Shown here: piece by piece, positions 25,737-36,000 of the stretch
Layout: each line of letters opens with the position of its first letter
Position numbering within the stretch: position 1 is the stretch's first letter
Source of the DNA: Lepidodermella squamata
Taxonomy: Eukaryota; Animalia; Gastrotricha
DNA length: 64,000 bases
NCBI GenBank assembly: GCA_047495785.1
Contig: JBLDXI010000017.1
Location: 2,480,001 to 2,544,000 of the forward strand
Direction: 5' to 3'
Translations under genes and position numbers: made by a program
Notes under the pieces: generated by a model
Told to the model about the DNA's origin: nothing
What the model saw: the letters and a program-made list of their open reading frames with translations, nothing else
Databases searched by the model: none

Positions 25737-26703
25737 CTAATGCAGAGTCATCCGACGCAAATGTTCAAGTGACGGTAGAGCAGCTAGTGACATATGACGT
25801 CCGGAATCGTTTGAACCCTTTCTTTCGCTCGATGTTTCGCAATTCGAATATCGATGATTTAGCTGTGCCTTTTGCACATTGGGTGATTCCGCCGCGCTTG
25901 AACTCGAGCTATTCGACCCCAAAGCAGACATAGTAGCTATAAGGCCAAGAGAAAGGGCGGCATAGAATTTATTCCAAGCATTCGCGCAAGCAATTTTAAC
26001 TGCAGCATCATCCGACGTTTTGCTGCCATTTTCATCTCCGTTCGTCTGAGGTAGGGCTTGATGCCGATCTGACCACTGAGCTTCAATTTGCTTCCAGGTT
26101 GCTTCTCTCAAGCAACCAATAAGAGCCTTGAACAGGAAAATAACCCTAAAATGCGTGCTTTAATATTAGGCCATTCTTACCAAAATATGGCTGCAATTGG
26201 CACCATAATTCACATGTCGCGCTCCGAGTTCTTCCACAAAATTCCTATAGGCTTCAGCGTCTTTGATGCGGTTCAACGCCCTGATGAGAAAGATCGTTTT
26301 ACATGAAAAAAAAAGTGGTAAATATTAAAGCAAACTTTTCAATGGAGTGAAAAACTCGTAGACTATGCTGCTTGGTCTCCCACGAGTAGTAAACCTCGTT
26401 TCTAGTTTCCGGCAGGACACTTTTTCCGATGAAGACCTTGAATACATCCGGGTACTCGTCGAACAGCCTTTAAAATTTTAAAAGGAAAGATTGCAAGGAA
26501 AAATGATGAATTCGTCAATTTTACTTGGTGAATGCAGTTGTTCCAACGGTGCTGAGATGCGGTTTAATTAGGGCGAAGGAGTAGCGAAGTAATTTCACAT
26601 CCGCATCCGTGTAGTAACTGGTTCCACAAAACCACCAGCAAACGCTATCCTTCTTCGCATCTGGAGTCGCGTTTTCCGGGGCACATGCGATTTTTTCAGT
26701 CAT
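25737..26703 (-). CDS. Globin g9 (introns 26468-26524, 26281-26335, 26126-26180)
   Basis: CWWF..TAFTK|LFDEYPDVFKVF..YSWETKQHSLRVFHSIEK|ALNRI..LGARHVNYGANCSHIL|ALIGCLRE..AWNKFY. Confidence 0.85.
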
Positions 26704-27335
26704 AACGCAGCAGAATAATTAGTGCCAAAAAAAAACAAAAATCCTGTATATAAAAAAGTAGGTAATAATTGGCAAATGAAAATAATGTCGCTATCCAGGC
26801 TGATGTGAAGCGGACTAATTCGACTATGATAAGCACAAATATCATGACCAATATAGTCCGCATTTCCTAATCCGAGCGTTAGTAAATTACACCCTCGCCA
26901 GGATTTTACGCTCAGATGATCATCATCAGATGGAGAGATCCGTGCACTCAGCAGCATTCGCTTTTCTAATATCGATCTTCGCTGAAAAAAAATAATAAAC
27001 AATAAATTGCACCCTTAAGCTATGGTTCATTGCGATATTTCCGGGACTTGTATAAATGGTCACCAATTGGGCAAAAGTAGGTCATTTCATCTCCCAATAG
27101 AATTGAACGAGAAAAAACAATTTCCACTACATCAAAAACACGCCTTATAACATTATCGTTTTATTTTTCATCCTTTGCAGTTCTTCGCATTAAAGTAGAA
27201 AATCCATTCTAATCATCTGGATTCCGATTAAATTTTTCATCGAATTATATCTGGTAGACACAACAATTTCGCGGAATTCACCGCGAGGTCGATTGAGCTA
27301 TCATTTAGTAGTCGCGTCTCGCTGTTAATGGCACT

Positions 27336-27710
27336 TCATTTTTTGCCTTGAGCTGCCAGAGCGTTCTCATATAAATTCATTTGGTGCTCTTGGAACCGCA
27401 GACCAATTCTTTGGGTTGCTTTGAGGTATTTTTCTATACAAGTCATTGCACAACTTTCCTAAAGAAAAACAAAATTACCAGTTTTTAATCGAAATTATAC
27501 ACTTGTATCAAAATTATACCTCTTCATTGGTGAGAGTTCTTTTCGTAAAATCGTGAATGCAGTCGGTGAAACAATGATCAGCCAATTTGTTATAGGTCGT
27601 CAAAAACTCTCTGAACTGGAATAGAACAGCCATAGCAACTTTGAATTTCAAAATGAAAAAATCCGAACCTGGGCAAGTTCCTCTTCTGATTTCGCAGGTG
27701 GAGCGACCAT
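27336..27710 (-). CDS. TIMM9: Mitochondrial small Tim chaperone Tim9 (3 exons; absent from the ORF track)
   Basis: MVAPPAKSEEELAQ|FREFLTTYNKLADHCFTDCIHDFTKRTLTNEE|ESCAMTCIEKYLKATQRIGLRFQEHQ. Twin CX3C motif with Tim9-typical F.EFL..YN and RI..RFQE. Confidence 0.9.
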
Positions 27711-28268
27711 TTCAATAATGATTCAACTTCTCTACGCAAAAAAGTCGGAAAAATTAAGAAAAACTTTTATTTTCTAGTCAGAAGCACCGAAGATCGAAAC
27801 ATTCATGAGCAATTGGTAATACTATTTTTCACAAGATTTCAACATATTTTTGAACGAAATAGTACAGTACAAATAACAAGACGCGCTTTTTATTCCTATT
27901 TATGAGCCGGCCAGTTTTAAACAGTATTACTTCAATTTTTTGAACGACATTAAGTCTATCGAACATCAACCTTAAAATAACACGGTATCGATCATTTCTT
28001 TTAAAAACCGGTCAGGCTATAAAAAAGGATTGGCAAGTCAAGAAGCGTGGTACACCTCGATGTCAGCAATATCATTTCATAGGTCGGGCCGTGCAACCAT
28101 AACCAAAATAATACGAAAAAACTGTAAATAATCAAGGAATTTATATATATATAATTTGCGATAAAAGATCTTTGTAACGAAGGAACAACAACAAGATAGA
28201 TGATAATAATATTTCACATTCACAGGCCCTTCTCGAATGAAAGAAGGCGATGTAGAAACAAAAAATTC

Positions 28269-30149
28269 TCAGTAACAATGAGCCATGATTAGACCGCAGG
28301 CACGAACTCGCTCTCGAAGAATGGCTGCCTTAATATTGCATAGGCGGCGGATAGTCGGGCTTGAGGTAGCCTCGTCACAGTAGTAAAAAGCGGTGAAGAC
28401 AGATCCGGAGAAGAACTGGTGCGGAGGGGGGAACGGAAGGTTTCGAACTTCGTCCAGCTCCAGCATGCGAGCTAAGAAGCTGCCGGCGTAACGGTAGACG
28501 TTCTGCAGCCAGGCAGCAATTGTCAGCGAACGAGGCGACGGCTTGCACGAGATAGACTGGGCGACGGCGATGTTCGAGGCGTTCGTCCCGAAAACGCTAG
28601 CGATAACAGACAACATCTCCTCGCGACGAATATGCAGATTTCTCTGCTTATTCAGCAGTTGGAAATAGCGGCAGACGTAGACAACGAAAGCAGTAGGCCA
28701 GTCGTTATTGAATTCGACGAAAAAATTCGGCGACTGAATGTGGTACTTCGCCTCCTGGTGAGTCATTATTCGATGAAAAATTTCGATTTTCTCCCGAAGA
28801 CTGAGGCTTGGAACTCGATCTAGCGTAGGCAGCCAGTCGTGCGAAGGTACCTGGACCCTGATTTCTTTCAGCCCAATGCGAGGTAGGAAACCGAACTCGG
28901 TACACATGCCATCAGGCAACTCACGTGAGACGACCATCTGATACAAAAATGCTCGAAATGGGCTCATCGCCATCTCTGAGACCGGGCAAATCGCATTCGG
29001 TTTAATCAGTTCGACAATAACACGATTCCAATGATAGCCACGGGATAGCGACAGCAGATTGGCCGGGAGTTCAAGGCGTGACACCTTGATGCATACGCAT
29101 CGCTCAAGCTCGGGTTTGGAGACCATATCGAAATCTGGAATAGCACCGAATTCCAGCTTATAAAAGCTATGGCACATTTTATAGGCGTCCAGAAAGCCTT
29201 CAGTACTCTCACTCAGCGATCGAATAGTTGGTTCCTTCAGCAGCGGCTGGTTGCGACGGACAAAATCAGAAATCGCCATGAAATTGTTCGGCGAGACCTT
29301 AATGGCACCGTGTATCATATCGGTAAACGGTTTGCTGGCATCATTCCCTCGAACAAAGGCAAAGTCACAGATTTGATCGATTGTCGTGAGGCGAAGGGTG
29401 TTAGCTACGTCGTTGGAACGAACGCAGCGCACGATCAAGCGGTCCAGTTTTGGCTTTTCGATGCCTGCATGCCACGCTCTAGCCAAAGTTTGTCGCAAAT
29501 GCTCGCCGATATCAAAATGTGTGTCGATACAAATCATGCAACAGTTCGGGAAGAGCATAAAATCCGAATCGTTCGACAGGACTGCGAAGCAGCGGCGATC
29601 GCCGAACAGTTTGGCGATAAACATGTCCGCTTCGCCACTGCAGCAACAATGAAGTTCGACGCCAAGTTTGCGAAGGCAAGCTACCATCTCGATTTCGATG
29701 AGAACGGGTCGGACGTATTCACGCCTGTTCATGGAACCCAGAGCCACGTCGCAATTGACCATGTCCAGCATCTTTTTCACTCGGTTGTAGTCGTTTTGAT
29801 CGCGACGTACCCACTCGTTAAATTTAAACTTCGCCTGCGCCGCGGTGCTGAACTTGGCGCCATCCATGACGAATATTGGTTGGATGTTGGCACTTTGAAG
29901 ACTATGAATAAAAGAAGTCATGAGCGCTTCGGCCAAGGCGTACTCTCCGCCGCTCAGCTCAACCCAACGGTTGCTTTCATTGGCAGAAAGGATAAGTGAC
30001 ATTTGCTGAATTATCCAGTATTCGAATGCGTAGAAGTCAACGACGATTTCAACAAGGCCCTGCCTCGCAGCAAGCTCGATCAAATCGTACTGAACAGCCA
30101 CTGCTGAGTGACTGTCTGAAATGAATTTAAACAGGCCTCGGATTCCCAT
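28269..30149 (-). CDS. ASTE1/FAM120-like PIN-domain (XPG/FEN1-fold) putative nuclease, paralog B; single exon
   Basis: MGIRGL start, IVVDF, GGEY, FVMDGA, GEADM, VLSNDSDF: acidic active-site motifs typical of Asteroid/FAM120 PIN domains. Confidence 0.8.
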   Translation of the reverse strand: MGIRGLFKFISDSHSAVAVQYDLIELAARQGLVEIVVDFYAFEYWIIQQMSLILSANESNRWVELSGGEYALAEALMTSFIHSLQSANIQPIFVMDGAKFSTAAQAKFKFNEWVRRDQNDYNRVKKMLDMVNCDVALGSMNRREYVRPVLIEIEMVACLRKLGVELHCCCSGEADMFIAKLFGDRRCFAVLSNDSDFMLFPNCCMICIDTHFDIGEHLRQTLARAWHAGIEKPKLDRLIVRCVRSNDVANTLRLTTIDQICDFAFVRGNDASKPFTDMIHGAIKVSPNNFMAISDFVRRNQPLLKEPTIRSLSESTEGFLDAYKMCHSFYKLEFGAIPDFDMVSKPELERCVCIKVSRLELPANLLSLSRGYHWNRVIVELIKPNAICPVSEMAMSPFRAFLYQMVVSRELPDGMCTEFGFLPRIGLKEIRVQVPSHDWLPTLDRVPSLSLREKIEIFHRIMTHQEAKYHIQSPNFFVEFNNDWPTAFVVYVCRYFQLLNKQRNLHIRREEMLSVIASVFGTNASNIAVAQSISCKPSPRSLTIAAWLQNVYRYAGSFLARMLELDEVRNLPFPPPHQFFSGSVFTAFYYCDEATSSPTIRRLCNIKAAILRERVRACGLIMAHCY

Positions 30150-30538
30150 CTTTTCAAAAAGAGCCAATTAATACTCTAGCAAAATGGAAAGAAAATGTAG
30201 TAAATAGGTGAAAAATTGGAGGACGTGGGCATTTGCATCGAGGATATTCGACGTCTGTAAATACCTATTCCTGCGACGAATGGGAAGTGAGCGGCAAATG
30301 GTGACAGAACGAACCCGGTAACCGGTGATATTGTTGTCCACTGAGGAATGAATAACTACTCTGGTGGTATGCACATTCGCTATTTTACACGATAGAACCT
30401 ACTAAAGAAACTATATCTGGCGCGGCAGCTTTGCGTGTGTGTGGTGCGTGTTACGTAAGAGCTGCTTCACGCATGCCACCCATAGTCCGTGGCGGTGTCA
30501 ACTCCCGACATCTGTCACGCAATCCCCTTTCTTCTTAT

Positions 30539-30737
30539 CGTTAGCGACGCGCCAAAACAACCACTTTGATGACTCATTTGATCGTACTATGACGAGCCGA
30601 ACGTAAAGAGGGAGTACGTTCGGCTTTTTGAGCACTGATCGTACTCATCGTAATTTAAATTTACGTTCAAAAGTCGAACATACTTTCCATAAAAAAGCTA
30701 TAAATAGTAAAGTGGTTGTTTTGGCGCGACGCTAACG
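30539..30737. mobile_element. MITE (non-autonomous DNA transposon) with 29-bp TIRs and a TTAT target-site duplication
   Basis: cgttagcgacgcgccaaaacaaccacttt (30539-30567) matches the reverse complement of 30709-30737 at 28/29 positions. TTAT flanks both sides (30535-38, 30738-41). Confidence 0.75.
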
Positions 30738-31879
30738 TTATTACATGCCTATCATTCCGCTCAAACACCGATATGCCTATTTAGCAATCGCAATCGGTTA
30801 TTGGGCTTGATGGCTACTTGGCCCACCGTAAAAATACAAGGAGCTCTCATTCATACTTTTTAAATGAAATTCTGATCATTCGTGTTACAGCGTGTCCCAA
30901 AAGTAACGCAAACAAAGAAAATACACGGAAAGGGGTTAAGAAACTCTAAAATGAAAAATGAAAGACGAAATCATATCATGGGCAGAAAAATCTTACAAAA
31001 TTCGTAATGGCATGACAATAATAATCAAGTTTGTCATTATCCGGAGGAACTGGGTCCAACCGGGTAAAAAGCGGTAAAAAAATATGAATTCAGACAGCTT
31101 TTTGCTGCGGTTTTAGCGGTGGTTTCAAATTTTAAGCAGAAAAGGCTTTTCAGTCGATCCAATTACATCACCGTAGAGGGCGCCAGTGAATTCAGAATTC
31201 AGAATCCAATAGAAACAGCTCCCACTAACGTAATTGTCTATTTCAACCTTCAATGTAGAGCGGAGAGTGGAGTCCAGCTGATGACCTTCCAACCGGAAGT
31301 CAGACTCCGAACCGTAACTCAAAAAGATCGTCGAAATCGAACCGCAACTGCAACTCCGAAGATCGATATCACAGCAAACTGCGCGCGCCAAAGCCGACTT
31401 TCAAATTGCCGATTTTGTAAAGAAATAAAAAATAACTAAAATAAGTTTTTTAATTATAACTGGGAGCAAAATTTATAACTAGTCAAGATCAAAGTGCGCT
31501 AAATTCAAACAAAATGTGCTGAACATGTAGAATGATTATGACGAGGAACTTTCAGAATCTTTTTTGACATACACCCGATCAAACTATCTTTTAAGCATCA
31601 TTCTAGGTAGATACTACAATATACTTATATCCAGTAGCCAATTAGCTCAGTTTGGTAATGCACAACTTTTCACGGTTCTACCCTGTGATCCCTGATCCCT
31701 GATCCCCAATCCACTGCTCTAGAACTTCTTACCATTAGCATTCTCCTTAGCATGCATTTCATCTTCAATTTGAAAGACACAGTATTTGTATGTTGTTACG
31801 CAACAGCTACCTTTTGTTCCATCGCAAACCACCTATTCTGACCAGGAAGCATTAGTCACGATCCTCTTAGAGTTCTTGT

Positions 31880-32500
31880 CAGTGACCAGGCACAAGTAAT
31901 AAAATTGACTAATTTCAGAGTTCATTTTCTCTCATTTTCTTCTTGGGGATCTGATGTTCAGATTTATATACCATATATGATACCATATTTACGAATTGAA
32001 TCGTCTCATTATCTGAATTATCGTGAGTAACTGAAAGCTTATTGAACATTATTCTTGTAATCAATATAAATGTGGAAACATGCCTATTGCAGTATCGCAG
32101 CGATTTTTGACCCAACGGTCAACGGTTAAAAATGGGCAAGGGCTTCAAATAAGTAGTTTTTTTCAGTGTGCGAATCTCTCTAACAATGCGCTAGACTGCC
32201 TTTATCGTCGAATGTGCTGTGCTGTAAGTGATGATGAGTCATTTTCGATTGCGTTTGTTGTCTGCAATTTCCAGCAGGCCTGTCTGGATCTTGAGCTCGT
32301 ACTTTTTCATTGTTTTCCATCCATTAAAACTCGATTGCTCCTTGTACGATTTACATGATGGATTTACATGATGGAGGTGAGGGATTTTTGTTGTGAGCTA
32401 ACCGCGGAGAAATGTGTTCTGAGATGATGGGACATTTCCACTGTTCATGTTAAGTTGAGATATTGGCGTGCGGCGTCAGTTGTCTTCGGATGCTTTACCT
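31880..32500 (-). mobile_element. Possible decayed Penelope-like retroelement fragment (post-RT region toward GIY-YIG)
   Basis: Broken minus-strand translations HPKTTDAARQYLNL* and KRNRK*LIITYSTAHSTIKAV*RIVREI..L..PLPIFNR resemble PLE 'KPTD.RQYLNF' and 'PLV.TY....I..I...' motifs. Multiple stop codons. Confidence 0.35.
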
Positions 32501-33075
32501 GGTGCATTGCACTTTTTATATCTTTTCCTAGGTCAATATTTACCTTTGCACGAACAGCGCTATACGCAAGCGTGCTAGACGCACTATACGGACGTTATAC
32601 ATAGATGCAGTGGACAAACCTGTTGCATCATATTGACGCGTTTTTCTCGACTCTATGCTATCTCTTTAATTATAGAACTTGATGCATCAATTTATTATAT
32701 TTCGACTTTAACTTTCTACCAGGAAAAGAAGCCAACAGCGGTTAACCCATTTTTTCGTAGAGGTAAAAAATGGAAGTCGTGACTGCGCAATTGCACTGTT
32801 GGAAACTCTATTTTTCTCGCGCATCATCAGTTTTTTATATTCTTGAATATTTACTGGTGTTTTGCCCTGCTCTTGGCATGTAGTTTAGTAACTATTACGG
32901 ACTTGTGTGGCATAATAGCTTGAGCGACAACGGTCCTCGGAAAAACATGAGATGCTGCGTACCCAAGTGCTTTGTGGTTGGCACGTGTTGTCAAAAATTA
33001 GGCGAAGCAATTGCAATCTTCTCATGCATCTAATTTAGTGTTTTATCTTACAAGATGATATGAAACCGTGCTGCA

Positions 33076-36000
33076 ATGAGTAAAAACGAACAAAGTGCGA
33101 CTGAGGTGGAATCAGGCGTCGACGAGCCGAATTTCCCGTCGTCGTCATCAGACGCTCACACTTCTTCTTCTGATAATGTTCATGTAAAATCTTCGAGCGA
33201 AAACTCGCCAAGGAAGTCTACACACGAGGAGCAAGAAGCCTTAGAATTGGCGGAAATCGACATTGGCGATTACCACATTCGACGACAATTTTCTTACGAT
33301 GACATACGACCACCTCCATACCCTGGCAGTCACTTGAACCAGCCACCAACGACTGAAATTGATCAGAAAAAGCAGCAAACGAAGCCAGAAACTGCACCAC
33401 CGAAAATGAGGAAGTACCCTGCTTATATGTTGTTTCGCTATGCTGATTGGATTGACATCTTGCTGATGATCTGCGGGATTTTACTAGCGCTCGGACAAGG
33501 CGCCGCGATTCCCGCTTCGCTTTTCGTTTTCGCAAAAATCATCAATGCAATGATAACAAAAATTTCTTGTTGGGATGGATTGAAAGATCAATTCGCGAAT
33601 TCGACAGCTAACATCAGCCTTTCTCATATCCCTGACCACATTCAAAGCGGTGAAGGCCTTTTCGAAGCTGTTGGGCCTCAGTGCGGCTATTACGCCCTGA
33701 TTGGACTTGGCATTTTCCTCGCCGGTATTTTACACGCATCGGCCTGGACTATAGCTGGCGAGCGTCAGATCTATCGAATCCGCCGGAATTTGTTCCGAGC
33801 AATGCTGAGTAAGGACGCTGCTTGGTACGATGAAAGACGCGTGGGTGCACTAAACCACGTGCTTTTCGAGTAAGTTTGCACTTGACTTAGAGCAGCTGTC
33901 TTAATCTGGTTCATTTCGCGTAGAATGATCCGCGTGATGAGCGATGGTATGACATCGAAAGTCTCTGTTACCGTTTCATGGCTCGGAACAGCAATAACGG
34001 GATTTATTGGTATTAACTCATTAAAATACTACGTAACTATTTAATTTCATTTTATTCATAAAGTTGCCTTTGTATCGGATTGGAAAGTCACAATTGTTGT
34101 CTGCTCACTTGTGCCATTGTTGTTTGTCCTTTCTTTCATCATGATCCGGTTGATTCGCCAATATACAACTAAGCAATCGGAGGCCTATAGCCAAGCGGGC
34201 TCGATTGCTAGTGAAGTCATTAGTAACTGGAGAACTGTCCTAGCGTTCAATAAACAGGAATACGAAGTCAAAAGGTTTGCTTAAATTCCGCGAAATTATT
34301 TCGAAAAATTGAAGAATATTTTCAGATACCAAGACCATTTACAAACTTCGCGTAAAATGGGAATGATTAAAACTGTAGTTTCTGGAGCTTCTCAGGGCGC
34401 GATGTTCCTTGTCATCTATTCGATGGTCGGACTGGCTTTCTGGTGGGGAAACAGTTCAAGCGTTGGGCAGGAAGGCGGCACAATCATGCAAATCGTAAAA
34501 ATATCCCAAGATGAAAAATCTCAGCAACAAATTATTTTTCTGTACAGATTATTTGCATTATGATGGCTACGATGTCGCTCGGTAATGCCTCGCCAAATTT
34601 CGAAAATTTCGCCGCCGCTCTTGGGGCGGCTGATGAAGTTTTCTCGATCATTGACGAAAAATCGCGAATTGATAACTTTGATGATACTGGAACTTGGGTG
34701 GAGAGCTTGAGAGGCGATATTCGCTTTGAGCAGGTTGCTTTCACATACCCAACCCGGCCTGAGCGCCAGGTATTGAAATCAGTCTCGTTATACGTGCCTC
34801 GTGGCAAAACCGTTGCTTTGGTTGGGCCGTCCGGGTGCGGGAAATCGACCCTAGTGCAAATGCTGTTGCGTTACTACGACGTTGGCGGTGGGAAACTGAC
34901 TGTTGATAACGTCGACATTCGCGACCTGAATGTCCGGTGGTTCCGGCAGCAAATCGGACTGGTCAGCCAAGAGCCGGTTCTTTTCAACACTACAATACGA
35001 GACAACATCCGAATGGGCGCTGTAGACCAGGCTGTGATTCCGGATGAGGAAATTGTGAAAGCGTGTCGGCTGGCTAACGCGCATGATTTCATCTCGAAAT
35101 TGCCGCTTGGTTACGATACAATGGTTGGCGAGAGGGGGGCTCAACTCTCCGGCGGGCAGAAGCAGCGCATCGCTATTGCTCGAGCTCTTGTTTCAAACCC
35201 GAGAATTTTAGTCCTAGACGAGGCTACAAGTGCGTTGGACACAAGTAGCGAGGCTGTGGTTCAAGAGGCACTGGACAAGGCTCGTGTTGGTCGAACTACC
35301 TTGGTCATTGCTCATCGCCTATCCACGATTCGAAACGCTGATATGATAGCTGTTGTTGACCAGGGCGAAATTGCTGAACTCGGCACTCACGACCAGTTGA
35401 TTGAAAAAGAAGGGCTCTACTTCCGGCTGGTCGAAAGCCAGCAAAGAGCGGCCGAGGCCGGCAGTGGTTCGCCGTTGAATGGCTCTGAACTTGATTTAAC
35501 CAACGAAATGCTGTATTTGAACGAAGAGGAAACTGGTAAAACGGCGAAAAATAACGAATCTCTACTAGCTGCTAGTTTCGCTAATGGCAATCGACCTCCA
35601 ATACAGCGACTTAATTCCACGAATTCCACGTCGTCCCGCGGTAAAACTAACAAAATTGAGGGGGCAAGACGGCCGTCGATTGGAGTCGCAGCCCTCGAAC
35701 GCGGCGATGCTGTTGATCATTCCGGCCATGGAAATGTGGATAAAGAGCCTAATCGGTTCCAATTAATGGGAACCGTCCTCGGCTGGGGTAGGCAAGAGCT
35801 GGGTTACACCATCATCTGCGCCGTTGTTTCAGTAATAGCCGGCGGGGTTCAGCCAGCTTACGGCATAGTTCTATCTGAATTCATGGCCTCGTTTTGCCCG
35901 GATGGAAATGATGATAAATTCAAAATGTTAATCGGAATTATCATTATGCTGGGCGCTGTTCAGGCCATTCTGTTAACGGCTCAGCATTTTTTGTTTGCGA

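Noticed and set aside
29169-29999. 276-aa plus-strand ORF, and similar long antisense ORFs such as 45663-46334 and 40434-40994
   Set aside because: Antisense shadows of well-supported coding exons with no recognisable motifs.
30595-30629. Hairpin plus T-run resembling a bacterial intrinsic terminator
   Set aside because: The context is eukaryotic; it is better explained as MITE internal structure.
31119-31439. Overlapping ORFs on both strands
   Set aside because: Non-ATG starts, no recognisable domain and no clear splice structure.
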